A DNA stretch of 56,588 nucleotides, filler included, from Bipalium vagum (Eukaryota), in assembly GCA_037834085.1 (NCBI GenBank). It is 3 parts of 3 records of this genome, joined end to end, with 100 filler letters (N's around TTAATTAATTAA, not from the genome) between each part and the next. Parts side by side here need not be neighbours in the genome. Positions count along the whole stretch, not along the records: positions 1 to 18,157 come from JBBMKC010038815.1; positions 18,258 to 37,421 come from JBBMKC010008585.1; 1 more part is not named here. One strand, 5' to 3'. The stretch's first letter is position 1. Every line of letters begins with the position of its first letter. Positions 12,801-25,780 of the stretch are shown piece by piece. A program made the translations under genes and the position numbers. The notes under the pieces are model-generated. The model was not told where the DNA came from and did no database searches. It worked only from the letters and a program-made list of their open reading frames with translations.

Positions 12801-15370
12801 GCCAGTTGTACATTTTCGGGATCACCAAGTAAAATATAAAAGGTAAAAAGGTGAATTGATAATTATATGAAGACTTTATTATTTTGGTACTTTAGTCCTT
12901 GAAACTTAAAAATTGACTACCAGAATAGAATATATTAAAACTTTGATTTTTATTAACAATTAATTGCCGTGTTAATGAGTTTTAAAATTAGGTTGGTAAG
13001 AAAATAAAAGCGTTTTTTGTATATTCAAACTTGATAATAGATTCTTTGAAACGCAGAAATTGTTTTACATTTCTCATAAGTTTTTATTAATGGGTGTTCA
13101 ACATATAATGATACTGTCCTCTTTATGTCTCGTAAAACCAAATAATTATGTTTTGTCAAAATCTAAAGAGGATTAACTGAATAAAAGATCAACAATGTCC
13201 AAAATGACAGAATATGGCCAGTTACTCGTGCTGATGTTGATAAGAAAGGTGGTATTAATCAGAAACGGAAATTTCCCAAAGAGTAATGGTTTGGTTGTCA
13301 ATATCTTCCAAAGGTTACAGTCCACTCGTATTTTTTTGAAAAAGGAACAATTAATCAGTACGTTTATATTTAAAAAATACTCAAAGTGGCATAGAAATAT
13401 GGAAATAAGGTTTTTTGGAATAATTGGACATATCCACAAGATGGTGCGACGTGTCATACGGGACGAAAATCAATTAATTGGTGTTCCAACAATTTTGCAA
13501 ATTTATTACAAATCGTTGACTTTCTAATTCACCCGATTTAAATCCTTTGGATTATTGAGTGTGGAATGATTTTGTTCGGAGCATCATGTAGTATCGAATA
13601 ACATCCAAAATGAAATTGATCAGCGAACTGAAGTTAATTTACAAGTATGCAATTGTGGAAAGTTATTATTACTAATTTCTAATTTATATCATATATGTAA
13701 AAGTGATGTTAGAAATATACTAAGTGCTTTATGTAATCAACTTATATGAACCTAAATTTTTTTAAAAAGTTGCTTAAAAAGAAAAAAGTAATATCGATTA
13801 TTTTAAGTTTTTATTGGAACAAAAACAGTTTTGTATATTTAAATTTAACTTTATATTCATAGATTACACATATTTCTTAATGGTAAACTTTTCTCTTATA
13901 CTTTGTAGTACAAAAATTTTATTCATAGGCAGATAATTTTCCCTTGCCTATTCTTTCACCATATTAAAAGAATTGATAACATCATTGATGACATTTGATG
14001 GAATTTTTTCCTCATCGGAAAAATTTCACTGCTAAATTCGTGATTTTCGAGTTAAGAAAAATTGGTCTCATTTATTCAGTTTTGCCCACTCTATTATTTC
14101 ACTTTCATATAAATCAGAGTTGTTTAAGATCGAATTATTTAATATATCTATTGGGATATTATCCTCGTTTGTGATATTTTTGCTAGGTATAACACCTAAA
14201 AATTCGTGAAATGATTGAAAAAGATGTTTAAATAAAATTTTAATTATTGAAGTCTGGATTTCATTTCAAGTTCGAACTATAAAATCAGATTAATAATAAA
14301 AGTGAAGTATTGGGAAATTTCATGAGTTACAAATATGAGGAAACTTGAGGGACAAATGAATCTTTATACAAATTTTTTAGAGCAACTAGGGGATTTTTAT
14401 TTACCTATAATTATTAAATCAAGCTCATGAGTATCTGTTGCGTTTATACATGACATACTCTTGACTCTTTCTTTTATACTTTTCCTTCCATATGCTGCTT
14501 TTTCAAAGATTGCGACATTAGTTTTGTTATGTAAGCCTTTATAAATAAGACCAGTTTCATCAGTGTTTTAAATCTGTTCAAATAAAAAGTCGTTTCAGAA
14601 CACTATAAATGATGAAAAAAGTTTTCGAGATCAATGTATGTCTCAAGCAAAGATTCCTCTCTGTACCTTGGTCTTTTAAGAAGGAAAAAAATTCGTGGAA
14701 GATGACCAACGTTTCAGAAGACTTTTCACATCAAGTGATGACGGACACATTCAAAAAATGAAGTCAGGTTCAAAACGATAGCCGGCTTAAGGCTTAAAAT
14801 CAGATAGATATCTAAAAAAAATTGAATATTTGGGTGACAAATGATTTACGAGGATTTTGATCATCCCTGTAAGATACATATTATCAAGACAGTTCACAGA
14901 TTTCACTTTTAAATTTCCAGAATTATTATTATTAAAACAGGAAAATATAAATTTTATTTAATTTAATGTTAATTTTGTGTTTTTTAATAATATCTGTTTA
15001 ACACTCCTGTAATTCTCTAAGACGATATACACGTTGGTTTGATCACGAAAATCTTGAGCAAGGAGTTATTCAGATGATATCACATTCTTTTAAAAATATG
15101 GTGTCTTGGGAAAGTCAAATAGAAAAATGGCAGAAACCAATTCTCGATAATGAGTACACAATATTTAAAATAATTTGTGTAATTTTCCATTCATTAGAAA
15201 ATATCCTGCCTGGTATAAATCAGGTTTGTTCAACGAGCTTTATTTTATTGTTGATGGGGGCACTGTGTGGTTAGACAGAAAGCTGTCTGTTACAGACTTC
15301 AGTGATAATAATTCTAAAATGGCAAGAATGAAGCATGAAATTGATTTTGGTCTCTTTGGTTATCTCGAAG
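3846..15370 (+). CDS. GBA2: Non-lysosomal glucosylceramidase (GH116), 5' seven exons; remainder lies beyond the contig end
   Basis: Exons 3846-4012, 4059-4266, 12007-12207, 12255-12630, 12665(or 12683)-12842, 15022-15153 and 15198-15370 join in frame with GT-AG introns. Motifs KPFID, [102 protein letters not shown] and FGYLEG match GBA2. No further exon was found before the gap at 18158. Confidence 0.95.
6247..7240 (-). mobile_element. Heavily decayed IS630-Tc1-mariner-like DNA transposon
   Basis: Minus-strand fragments ILVKNNSRFQHAK (resembles ILVMDNARFHH) and FQGWL*HMRR. Very degenerate inverted similarity between about 6250-6335 and 7135-7240. Boundaries approximate. Confidence 0.35.
9183..9537 (-). 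mobile_element. mariner (DD34D) transposase 3' remnant in GBA2 intron 2
   Basis: The minus strand translates to PPLYSPDIAPSDFHLFQSMQDFLAG...FFYRGIHSLSERW*KIVAVNGKYFD*, the canonical mariner YSPDLAPSD motif and C-terminus. Confidence 0.85.
9538..10835 (-). mobile_element. Tc1-family transposon with both TIRs, decayed transposase
   Basis: 27-bp TIRs: TACTGTCTCCCAAAATTATCCCACCAC (9538) vs the reverse complement of 10809-10835, 3 mismatches. N-terminus MAYRELIDFEKGRIVALLEAGFSQRQV, core FTDESRFCL..DGRVRVRR and FQHDNARPH, with stops and frameshifts. Confidence 0.9.
13190..13570 (+). mobile_element. DD37D/maT-like transposase remnant in GBA2 intron 5
   Basis: Frameshifted pieces NVQNDRIW, VMVWLSIS, WTYPQDGATCHT..SINWCSNNF and NSPDLNPLDY*VW. 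The 13195-13527 ORF call is mostly out of frame with these. Confidence 0.75.
14595..14869 (+). mobile_element. mariner N-terminal fragment with a terminal TIR-like end
   Basis: Fragments MMKKVF..DQCMSQAK...FKEG..VEDDQR...TSSDDGHIQKMK (mariner HTH and linker). Ends in TTGATCATCCCTG followed by TA. Confidence 0.6.
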
Positions 15371-18157
15371 GTAAGATTTCTTAATGTTTTTGAATTCTTT
15401 TTAAATAAATAAATTTAAAAAGATGAAGACTATTAAAAAATTATTTATATTATATTATTAATATTAATTAAATTTAAAAGATAATTATTTTAAAAATGTC
15501 TTATTAATATTTCCTCTTTATGATTCCTCCTTTTATGGCTGCTTCCTTATTCCAACCACAATTTGCAAATACATAAATACAAAAGGTAATGTCATTCGTG
15601 TAACATTTCCGAGGTAATAAATCAGTAATGTCAATAGATTCTTTTTTGTTGTAACGTCCAAATCAACGTTAAATGTGCTAAAATAATAATACTTCGAACA
15701 AATAAAAACAAATAATGCCGATAAATAAATGAAATCAATAGTGTAAATTAGGTTAAATAAATTGATAAAAAGTTTAAATTAGAAATCAATTAATGATAAC
15801 AAATCAAATATTAGCAGTGTTGCAGATGGATATAAAACTAGTAGGACTTGAGTTGATCTTGACAGCAGTGAATGTTGTGTAGTGACTTTTTAAGTTCAAT
15901 TTTTATTAATTTGAATTTTTTTCATTGATAACTTTTGATTATTGTTAAAATGTATATAGCATTGTATTTATCGTGACAGTAGTAATAATCTTAATCTTGA
16001 TTGTCACAGAATCGGAATTTTGTTGAAATTTAAGAAATTGATTTATTATGTTAAGTTCGCTTTGAGATAAATAAATAAATTTTGTCTTAACTTGTTTGCA
16101 GAGTTTGGGTTGGCTAAGATCATAGCCATATTTAGTGAGAAGTTCAGTAACGATCTGGTTAATATTTGTTCTAAATGATTAACAAGATGATAAGCGAATT
16201 TTTGATACGGAGAAGAAATTTATTTACAACTAATCGATATCTTAAGCGAATAAATGTTTGTATTTTCTATTAAATTTATCTTTTTATATAATTTATATGT
16301 AAGATAAATTGGTTTTTTATTTAACATATAATACATACAAACATTAAATAAACTATACTCTTCAAAGAATTTTAGTACCAATTCACTGCATACAATGAAG
16401 AACTGCATTTAGTTCAAATATTTATTTTTCAGATTTCGATGAAATATAAATAATATGGTCAAATAAATTTTTTCGTTGTTATTTTACATTTAAAATATTT
16501 TGGTACGGAATATCTTTATATGTCGATAGTAAATATATAATAATTATGCACTTAATTTAAACTAATTCTGTAAGTAATCAATTCTTTTAATAGGTTAGTG
16601 TATTTAAGCTCTTCTAAGACTTGTTTATGTATTTCGGAGTAAACTTAATAAACCTCAAACGATAACATCCTTGGTCAACAAGATAGATAAACTTGAAAAC
16701 TGAATCTTATATAGATAATCAAAATCTATCATTCTTGATCATGGTAATCAAATACTAGTAGTCCATGAGTGATTATATATATATATATATACCACTGCTA
16801 GATTCTTGTGAGACTATCACAGCAGTCAAATCAATCACAAAACATTGATAAAATTAATTTTTAAAAAACATGTTTGACAAAAATATTATTTTTTTCTAGT
16901 CTGAAAATGAATAATTTTTTATTAGATTTTTTCATGATTTCCAATCACGTAGATCTAATTTTGATTAATATTTTAGGTTAATGAATAATTGATTGACAAT
17001 AAAACAATAAATAATGTGAAATCAGAAGATTAATATTTGAAATCGTTGTTTTGATAAAATATTTGGCTTGATTTTTATAATTTTATTATTTTTAATGTGT
17101 AAATTGACTTGATTATTTTTTCACTATTCTATTAAGACATAAGATTTTAAAAAATAATTATATTCATAATATTTATGGTTAAATTTCTAATTAAAATAAT
17201 CTAATTATTTAATTATTTATACAATGTTTCCTTGCGTAGGACGACTGACGTTAGTTAGTAATTAAAAATCGATTATAATTTGGTAATTAAGGGATGAAAT
17301 TTTTTTCTTTTAAATTAAAATCTGAAAATATGCCATAAGATGTTTTCATTATTTTTCATAATTTAATTTGAATCAAGGCATTATCACAAATTTAGATTTG
17401 GTTAATTTTTACTTTAAAATTTCCTATCAAGTAATACCAACAAACGCTCATTGATGGAATATCGACATTTAATTGAATAGTTAAATAAAAAATAGATATT
17501 AGAAAAATTACTCGTTTCCTATAATAAATTTTATCAAGAAACAATTTTCACATAGTTCCTGTACCAAATATTTACCAACTATATTAATATCCCAATATAA
17601 TGGGAAGTTTAATTAATTTTCCAATTCTATCTGGTTTATCGAAGCTATTTATTCAAAGTTTCTAAAATTTATTACTGATGTGAAAAAACGATAATAAAAT
17701 GACAAAAATAATAATCTATTTCATTTAAGTTTAATCTCTAAATATTGTTACATTTTAAGAAAAAAATTTTTTCCTAAACGTCAATAAAAGCCTTAGTCTT
17801 GGTTTTTTGAATTTGCTATGACCAGAAGTTTGATTATTTGGTATTCTAAGGGAAATTAATTTCCCCGTTTGGTATTATCCATTACATTATTGTATTTAAG
17901 ATCACATTGTCTTCTTTATTAGCACAGGAAAATATGGATGTCTTCTTCAATATTACCAGTATGAGGATTTCAAAATCAAAACTAATTTAAATTAGTTTTT
18001 ATTTATTAGGTTGTTTAGAAATGAATGTCGGTTTTATAAATCTATTTTATTTAACGTTAGTTTACCAAAATTTTGTGTTGTTAATATATTTTATATATCA
18101 TTTTAAAGCGTGAAATTTAAATTATATTTTGTAAGCATTTCGTAATTATTTAATTTT

Positions 18158-18257
18158 NNNNNNNNNNNNNNNNNNNNNNNNNNNNNNNNNNNNNNNNNNN
18201 NTTAATTAATTAANNNNNNNNNNNNNNNNNNNNNNNNNNNNNNNNNNNNNNNNNNNN
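18158..18257. other. Artificial contig-joining linker N44-TTAATTAATTAA-N44
   Basis: Exactly 100 bp. The central 12-mer gives stops in all six frames. An identical copy is at 37422-37521. Confidence 0.97.
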
Positions 18258-18591
18258 TATAATTTAAGATATATTTAAGTATTAAAGGTAATTTAATTCG
18301 AAATAAAGACATTAAATATGGATTTTTTTTATTAATTACCTAATTAGAAAAATTAATCAATTAATAATTACTTATAATTATTTTTTATTAATTTATTTAT
18401 CTTCTTCTACTGAAAAATCAATATGTTTTTATTTTTTATTTTTTTTATTGCCCAATTTTATTTAATTTATATTTCTAATTAAATTTCTCACATTAGTATA
18501 AATATATAATAGAATAATTAAAGATGAAAAATAAAAAGATGCAATGCTTAAACATTTCCAAATTTATCTGGCGATTGTTTTTAATTTACAG

Positions 18592-21500
18592 AAATCAATT
18601 TGAGCAATGTTTCTGTATCGGATTCACTCAGATATTCTACATCATATCTACCATTGTCCACCCGGAAGGATCGCTTTAGAGATCGTCATGCTTACATGAA
18701 AATGTATTCGTACAAAGGCTTAACAGATTCTATACATTATCCATCAATTAAGGTATTTGAAAGTAACACAAAATGGTAATATTAAAGCTCAATTTTCAGT
18801 CAATTTTGAAGTCCATTGACAATTGGGATTTCAATATTTTTGCTTTGGAAAGGTTTACGTCAGGTAGAATTTTTATATTGAAGTCTAACTATGATTTATA
18901 TTTATTTTTTCCTATCTTTTTGCATGATTGAAGATTAAATCTTAATGATTACTGTCAATTCTATTTTACAATTTCAATTAATTTCACAGTTGGATTTGTT
19001 ATTCAAATTTTCTTTAAAATCGTAAATTGATTTTGTTTTACCACAGTGCGACACAAAATAGTGCTCACCTTGTAAATTTAAGAAATCTTGATTATTTTTT
19101 AAAGATAATTAAACTTTAAATAATTTTTTACTGATGATAGTCCGAAATATAAGAACATATTTTAACTACTTTTTTATTTAACTTAAACTGGAATTAAATT
19201 AACTCTAATTGGTTTATATGATTAGTAAATTGATTACATTTTGTTGGCAATAATTGGCGCACTATTTTAATTTTTAATTTATTCTACCAATTTCGATTTC
19301 AAAGTTAAATTTTTTACGACATATTATTAGTGAGTATTAATATTTATAAAATTAACTTATTTAAAGTGATTATTAAATTCTGAATATGCCAAATTTAAAC
19401 AAAATATCCAACACTGAGAAACCATTGATTAAATCCTACCTTGAAGCTGGAGAATCAAACAGATGAATTGGAAATAAGATCCATAGGAATGTAAGCACTA
19501 TAGGATATTGTTTAAAAATGGTGATAGTAAAAACCCATAACGTGGCCTCAAATGAAAGCTTTCTGCCAAAACTAAAGAATTGATTACAAACAAAGCCGGT
19601 AATAAATCGATTTCAATTGCCATAATTAAAGAACTTCATTTAAATGTAAGAAAAGAAACTATCACTATAATTGTAAAATAAAAGAAAATAGTGGTTTAAG
19701 CCACTTCTGAACGTCGAATACAAAGTGAAACTTTTACACTGGCCAAAAAATAAACTTACATGGGGTGACAAATGAAAGCATACATCTGAAGTGACGAGAA
19801 GTTTAATATAGACGCAACAGATGAATATACCTTCTATTGGCGTGGGTTGTGAAAAAAAGACATTTTAAAGAGGGACACTGATGAATGTTTTGGGCTTGTT
19901 TTAATTTTAGTGAGAAGTCAAGCCAGGTGATTGTTTTCAGTAAATCAACTGAGTATTATTGACAGATAATCTACTCCAACTTATCACTAAATTCAGTCAA
20001 TTCAGTTCTGTGTTTCAGCAAATTACCCGTTCAACTTTGGAATGGCTAAAGGACAAAAATATTCAGGTTTTGGACTGGTCAAAGTACTCACCGGATCTAA
20101 ATCCCATAGAAAACTAAATATATTTCGTAAGGTTTATGGTAGTGGAAAGAATTCAATTCTATCGATGAGCTACAATCGGCTGTCATTCGCTGTTAAAAAG
20201 ATTTGGATAAATTCATCCTCAAAAAATTGTTAGCTTCTATACCAAATAGAATTGATGACACCATTTATACTCATGACAACTCAATAAATTATTAGAGTTG
20301 TATAAATATCCTTTCCTGTGAATAAAAAATAGATTTTAATAAAAATTCGGCAATTAATTTTAATTTTTTTTTAATATTTTTATTCTTTGCCTGATAAAAT
20401 TGGTAATATTTTGAATTTTTAAATATCTTGTAACAGTAAGATTAAAAGACTAATAGGTAGATTCTGTTAATTTTTACAAACATAAAATCTTTGAACAAGT
20501 GAAAATTTCATTCTTTTAGTGCTAAAATTGATTTTTGTAGCACTGTATTTTAATGTTATGCGTTAAGATACATCTCTGATTTTTCTATAGAAAGCGATAC
20601 AGTTACACAACATTGTTTTTTCATTATTCAAACTGTTAAGCAAAAGAATAAAAGTAATTGTTTGAAATTTCAAATGTATATTTGAACAGCAAGCTCACAT
20701 TCATCCGAATTTCGTTTTCAAGATTTTCTAATTCAAGAAGATATAGAAGTTAAGATGAATGTAGGCGAGGGTTTCCTTAGTTTATGTAGAAATCTAAGAA
20801 TTTTTGTTGAATATTCAAGCATAGAATATTGACTGAATACTTATGCTAAAACGGTTATTTATTAAACTCTGTTTTGAAAAAAATATTAATTTATTAATTA
20901 TTGATTATTATTAATAGATTGATATTAATCGATATTTTGTAATTTTTTAAATTTATTTTAGTTTTTGGATTAGAAATCTTCAATTAAAGCAACCCTTAAC
21001 ATTAAGCATAACTCATTGTTCTAATAAAATTTTCAATATATTTTTCAACCAAATACTACTGGAAATTAATATTAATAATAAATTTTTCTTTGACTATTTT
21101 TTTCAAAAATATAAATAAAAGGTAATTGAAATCAATAAATAAAAATTAATTGAACAATTTATTTTTTATACTTTGAAAAGAATAATTTAAAAAATTTCAT
21201 TAATCAATATATATTTAAAATATATGAGACATTCCAATAAATCCATATTTTCAAAAAATAAATTTATTTATATTATTAATAAATAAAACCAATAAATGTT
21301 TTGCAAGACCTTTAAAAATAAATAAAATTGAATTTCAATATATCCCGAATTGAAATAACAATAATAAGAAGAATAAAATAAAAAATCGAAATCCAGAATT
21401 TCTTTGGTGCTTAGTCTTTTATTTCATGTGGAAACATGAAATTAGAAAATCTTTATGTGATAAATATTAATTAAATTATGGAATATAAGTTCAGGATTGA

Positions 21501-24500
21501 ATTATTAAGGTAAATACGTATAGGCTTGGAAACAAATTAAATTACTTGACCAATTTTCTCTTTCTAAGTTTCAGAAATCAAAAATTATAAAGAAAGAAAT
21601 TTAACAATTATATGGAAATGCCAATTTTTTAAATTTTTAATATAAATAAAAAAAACATTTCTTCCAGAAGAATTTTTATATTTTTTGTTTCTAAAATTTT
21701 AATTTAATTTAGGGCTAAAAAACTTTTTTCCAAATATTTCAGTAAAAAAAAACAATTATAACAAATGAAACATTAAAAAATAAATACTAAATCTTTTTCT
21801 AATAAAACATTGTTTACATAATCTGACTCTCTAATGGATAGATTTTACGGATTAATTCGGATTAATTAATTTTCGGATAAATTACTTTTTTCTCACAAAT
21901 TCTCTCAAAAATTAAATGTTTTCTATTTCTTTTTCTTGCAAACTCTAAGTAATATAAAAACCGACCATTTCTTATATTAAAATACTTGTTTATAAATAAA
22001 ATTATATTTAATTATTATGTAAATATTTAATCGATTATTTGTTTAAATAATTTCGTTGCTAGATACATTTTTAAATATTGTCCCAGAAATGGTTGTTAAT
22101 CTCCACTGTATTGAGTGTTTAGAGCCAATAAAATAATTATAAAATAGTTCTTTTGGATTTTTGTTTATTTACTCTACTTTTACTGAAACCTTTTTTATTA
22201 TTTAATTTTTTAATTTTTTATTAAATAATTTTATGATAAGGAGTAGAGAGAGGAACCCGCAAAGTTTGGGGGGGATTTCTGATGTGACTCTCTAATGGAT
22301 TTCTTTGCAACTGTTAACCACAGTGAGCATTTTGTGGACCCTATAACCCTTGCACACACTAACATCATCGAGTCAATTTGGCAGAAAATAAAAAATAAGC
22401 ACCGAGGCAGATATGGTACTCACAGATCTCATTTATATTCGTATATCACCGATTTCTTGTGGAAATATCAACATAAGAATAGGCGTTTTGAGACAATTGT
22501 GAGCCATATGAACAATATATATCATGTTTTAAAAATATTTATTTATTCAAAATTTACCAAAAAATTTTTTTTGCGGGGGTTATTCTCCATAAGTGCAGAT
22601 TTTTTAAAACTGAAATAAATTTTTGCAAAGAAAGCGGTGAATAGATTTTTCTGTAGATGTTTCATAGAAGCAATTTAGCTATAAAGTAAATTTTCACTCA
22701 GTTACGAATGTAATAACAATTAAAGTCTGTTAATTAAGGTTGCTGCCATTAAATTAATTATTTGTTAGTCTAAATCGAAATGCCTCTAATTCTGTATAAT
22801 AACTATTCCTAACAGAACGGATCTTCAAAAGGCACCAATTTTCATTTCAGACCACATAATTACCATTCAGACTGAAATCTCTTTTTCATATCATTTTTCT
22901 GTGTCCGGTTATGTCTAGTCAATTTTGACCAGAATTTTCATTAATGGCAAAATTGTTATTATTACCATGATTTCGTTGATATGCGAAAATTACATTATAT
23001 TCCAAAAACAAAAAAGATTAGATTAGGTTTTGTAGAGAAGTTCATTAAATTCCAAGGTAACATTTCAATATGAAATATGTAGATAAGACGAAATTATTTA
23101 TGTGAAATCATAGGGAATCAAAAGCATAACATATTTGTTTGAGCAAAGGTCGCAGATTTTTGTGGAAAATGAGAAGGAAATGGTTTTAAATAAAGGGAAT
23201 CAAAATATATTTACGACCTCGGTCCAATAATAATGGATTTGACTCATAGTAATAAGAAGAATTTTAAAAAAGAAGTAAAGAACCTGTTTTAAATACCATT
23301 TAACTAAAAGTGACATTGAATAAGTAGTAGATCAGTTAAAAAATGTATGGGTCAAATGGTTAATTCCGACAACATGAAGTCATTATAATAATTAAAGTGT
23401 GGGTCAGGCCTAAGTTCACGAAATTGAAAATTATATTGTAATAAATCTGTTAGTAAAATTTAACCAATTATTTCATAAAAATAAGGGAGTCTTGTATTTA
23501 ATTTACAAGATAGAGTACTTAGACTTATTGTGGCTAGGCGACTGGTGAAAGGTTAGGCGTTCTTTTTTCCAGATTACAAGCGACTTTATTGAATATTTTT
23601 GTCTGTCGTGTCATTAACATATTTGTAGATTCACTTGGAAGACCCTTGTATACTTATCTTTGCTAATGGCACATTAGCTTTTAATTAGCCTCAATTGCGG
23701 GCAATTGTGAATGTTGTCTGCGTTAGAAACAGTCAATTTTTATAGTGGAATGTGATAAAACATGTTATTATTAACTTATTTGCACTGGTTTTGAAATGTG
23801 ATTTTAAACATTTTTATATTTGTAATTGTATTTTCAATAGTTGGATTCAAAACTCTAAAATTTGTCTTTGTCCGCTTGAGGGTCACATAAAACTTTCTAT
23901 CTTTTAAACAGTTCAGGGTCTCAAAATTATTAGGTGGAGACTCGTACCTTTTCCGAGGGTTTAACAAGACTATCATTAGTCGTTAAGATCTCTCATCTTT
24001 AAATAAAACTGAGACTAAATAAAATAGTTTGGAAATCAGTTTATTTGAATAAAAGTTGTAATCTGGGCATATAAATATAATTTTGGAGTCATTGTGTTGA
24101 ACTGGTGACAGTTAGAAGAACTAACGTAACTCGTAAGTAACTTAACCCAACAAATCCCCCGATACCATTAATAATACAACATTTTATCATAAATGTGTCA
24201 ATACCATTAAAATTTTCAATTATGTATACCTTGGTTCAATAGTGAATTTTATGGAAGCATCTAAATAATATTTTATTATATCCTCGTCTTTTTATATTAC
24301 TTTATATTCCTTTTTATTTTTCTTATGAAGAGTATTAAATGACAATAAATACTTTTCCGAACGTACTTGTACTTGTACTTCAGATGAATGATTTTAATGT
24401 GACTCGAATGTTATTATAAGCAGCATTGTACGTCTGTTGTTTTACCAAGAATAAATATTTTATTGGTGAAGTGTTCTTACAATCAGTGACATTCTGATTT

Positions 24501-24680
24501 TGCTTGAAATAGTTGCCTGTTCCCATTTTAATAAATATTAACTTAATATATAATTTAATTATGTATCATAATTAAATCGTTCAGGAGCTCCTCTCACATA
24601 TCTAGCAATTCATCTTTTTGAAAAACACAATTTAATCAAGCATTTCCATTTGGACATATCGATGCTATTTCAATTTTTGG
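18592..24680 (+). CDS. Class I cyclic-nucleotide phosphodiesterase, PDE7-like; three internal exons (partial gene)
   Basis: Exons 18592-18752, 18800-18863 (64 nt) and 24585-24680 (96 nt), GT-AG and phase-compatible. Product: ...[13 protein letters not shown]|[21 protein letters not shown]|[32 protein letters not shown]. This resembles the start of the PDE catalytic domain, closest by eye to PDE7 (WNFDIF...HLFSLHGLIEYFHLD). The next exon (NPYHN motif) was not found in the contig. Absent from the ORF track. Confidence 0.85.
19044..20545 (+). mobile_element. Tc3/Tc1-like transposon, near full length, decayed, inside a PDE intron
   Basis: Ends CAGTGCGACACAAAAT...ATTTTTGTAGCACTG+TA. Transposase relics [28 protein letters not shown] (19386), [29 protein letters not shown] and RKVYGSGK. 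Confidence 0.85.
22240..22588 (+). mobile_element. Merlin (ISXO2/IS1016-like DDE) internally deleted element
   Basis: [28 protein letters not shown]...[18 protein letters not shown] is the characteristic Merlin/ISXO2 C-terminal catalytic segment. Imperfect inverted ends GGAG..CCCGCAAA / TTTGCGGG..CTCC. Confidence 0.85.
23981..24152 (-). mobile_element. Possible solo/3' LTR remnant
   Basis: On the - strand: purine run GGGGGATT, then TGTTGGGTTAAG, an internal AATAAA, and the end GATCTTAACG. No TSD or internal domain seen. Confidence 0.35.
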
Positions 24681-24821
24681 GTAAGCTTTATGAATATCTG
24701 TTGAAATATAAAAACAACATTAATATTTAATTTATTTAGTTATGAAAATTAATTATTTTTCTTTAAGCCAATAATTACAGTTGATGCTCGCCTTTCCTAA
24801 GCTCGAGGCACCAATAATATA

Positions 24822-25510
24822 CAGGGTGCTCTTTATAAATCGATACAATTTAATACAAAAATTATTTTAACAAAAGCACAATTTATTATTTTACACAATA
24901 TCAATATATTCAAATGTCCACCATGTATCTCATTTCATTTGCGTAAACGTGGAATTTAACTGATACAAGCTTTCCGTATGATCAATGGAGAAGTACCATT
25001 CCAACACTCATCAATCATTTTCTTTGTTTGGTCGACATAGTCAATGTTTGGGTGGTTGTTTGTTACACCAGCGAGAAGTATTCCCCAAAAATTATAATCG
25101 AGAACATTTAAGTCTGGACTCTTGACTGGCCATTGTGTAGGTGTGTTGCGATCTATGCATGCAACTGCGGTTTTACATGTGTGTGCCTTTGCTCCATCCT
25201 GTTGCCATGTCCAAGATTTCTTATTCATTATTTTGTTAATGTCATAAGCATCATTGGATACATTTCGTTTAGGTAAACATTCTGGTTAACAGTATTTTTC
25301 TTCTTAAAATAATTAGGAATACCTTTCTTTTTATCCGTACATCCATCGATAAACCTTAGTTGTGATTTCCAATACCGAGATACTGCTGCATAACACATTA
25401 TGAAACTATAACCTATATCAAAATATCATATCAGTTTTTACTATGACCTCTCGATATATAAGGTCATTTTGACGATTCAGTGGTGACGATAGACTGAAGA
25501 AACCAAACAT
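24822..25510 (-). mobile_element. DD37D/maT-like transposon 3' half nested in the pogo element
   Basis: TIR-type end TA|CAGGGTGCTCTTTATAAATCGATAC. ORF 24956-25228 reads WTWQQDGAKAHT...QWPVKSPDLNVLDYNFWG; the D-to-D spacing is 32 here, compatible with a small deletion from 37. Confidence 0.8.
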
Positions 25511-25554
25511 GTACCATCAAATTGAATTCCATACTTTTGAAAAGAATTTTTTCG

Positions 25555-25780
25555 AAGATTATTATAATGGAAGATGAGAAACCAGTGTGTCTTTATGTTT
25601 AATACAGAAATCTAGAATCTCGTGGACGGGTTACCCAGAAGAAAAGCCACCTAAAATTCTTCGTTCGAAGACCTTTAATCGAAAATTTCTCATCCTATTA
25701 TTAATTAATGAATTTGAGAAAGTTATGGTGGAAGCCAAACAATGAAGAGTTTTACCTTTTGCATGACAAAGCTTCTGTGT
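25555..25780 (+). mobile_element. mariner catalytic-domain fragment nested in the pogo element
   Basis: Pieces IIMEDEK (RIITGDEKW-like), EKPPKILR and FYLLHDKA (LLHDNA-like). Confidence 0.5.

Noticed and set aside
15800-16430. Minus-strand open stretches in the GBA2 intron (VTELLTKYGYDLSQPKLCK...)
   Set aside because: No recognisable family, start or splice structure; probably unidentifiable TE debris.
18202-18213. Palindromic TTAATTAATTAA as a biological motif
   Set aside because: It is centred in N runs of fixed length and repeated identically at 37466-37477, so it is an assembly linker.
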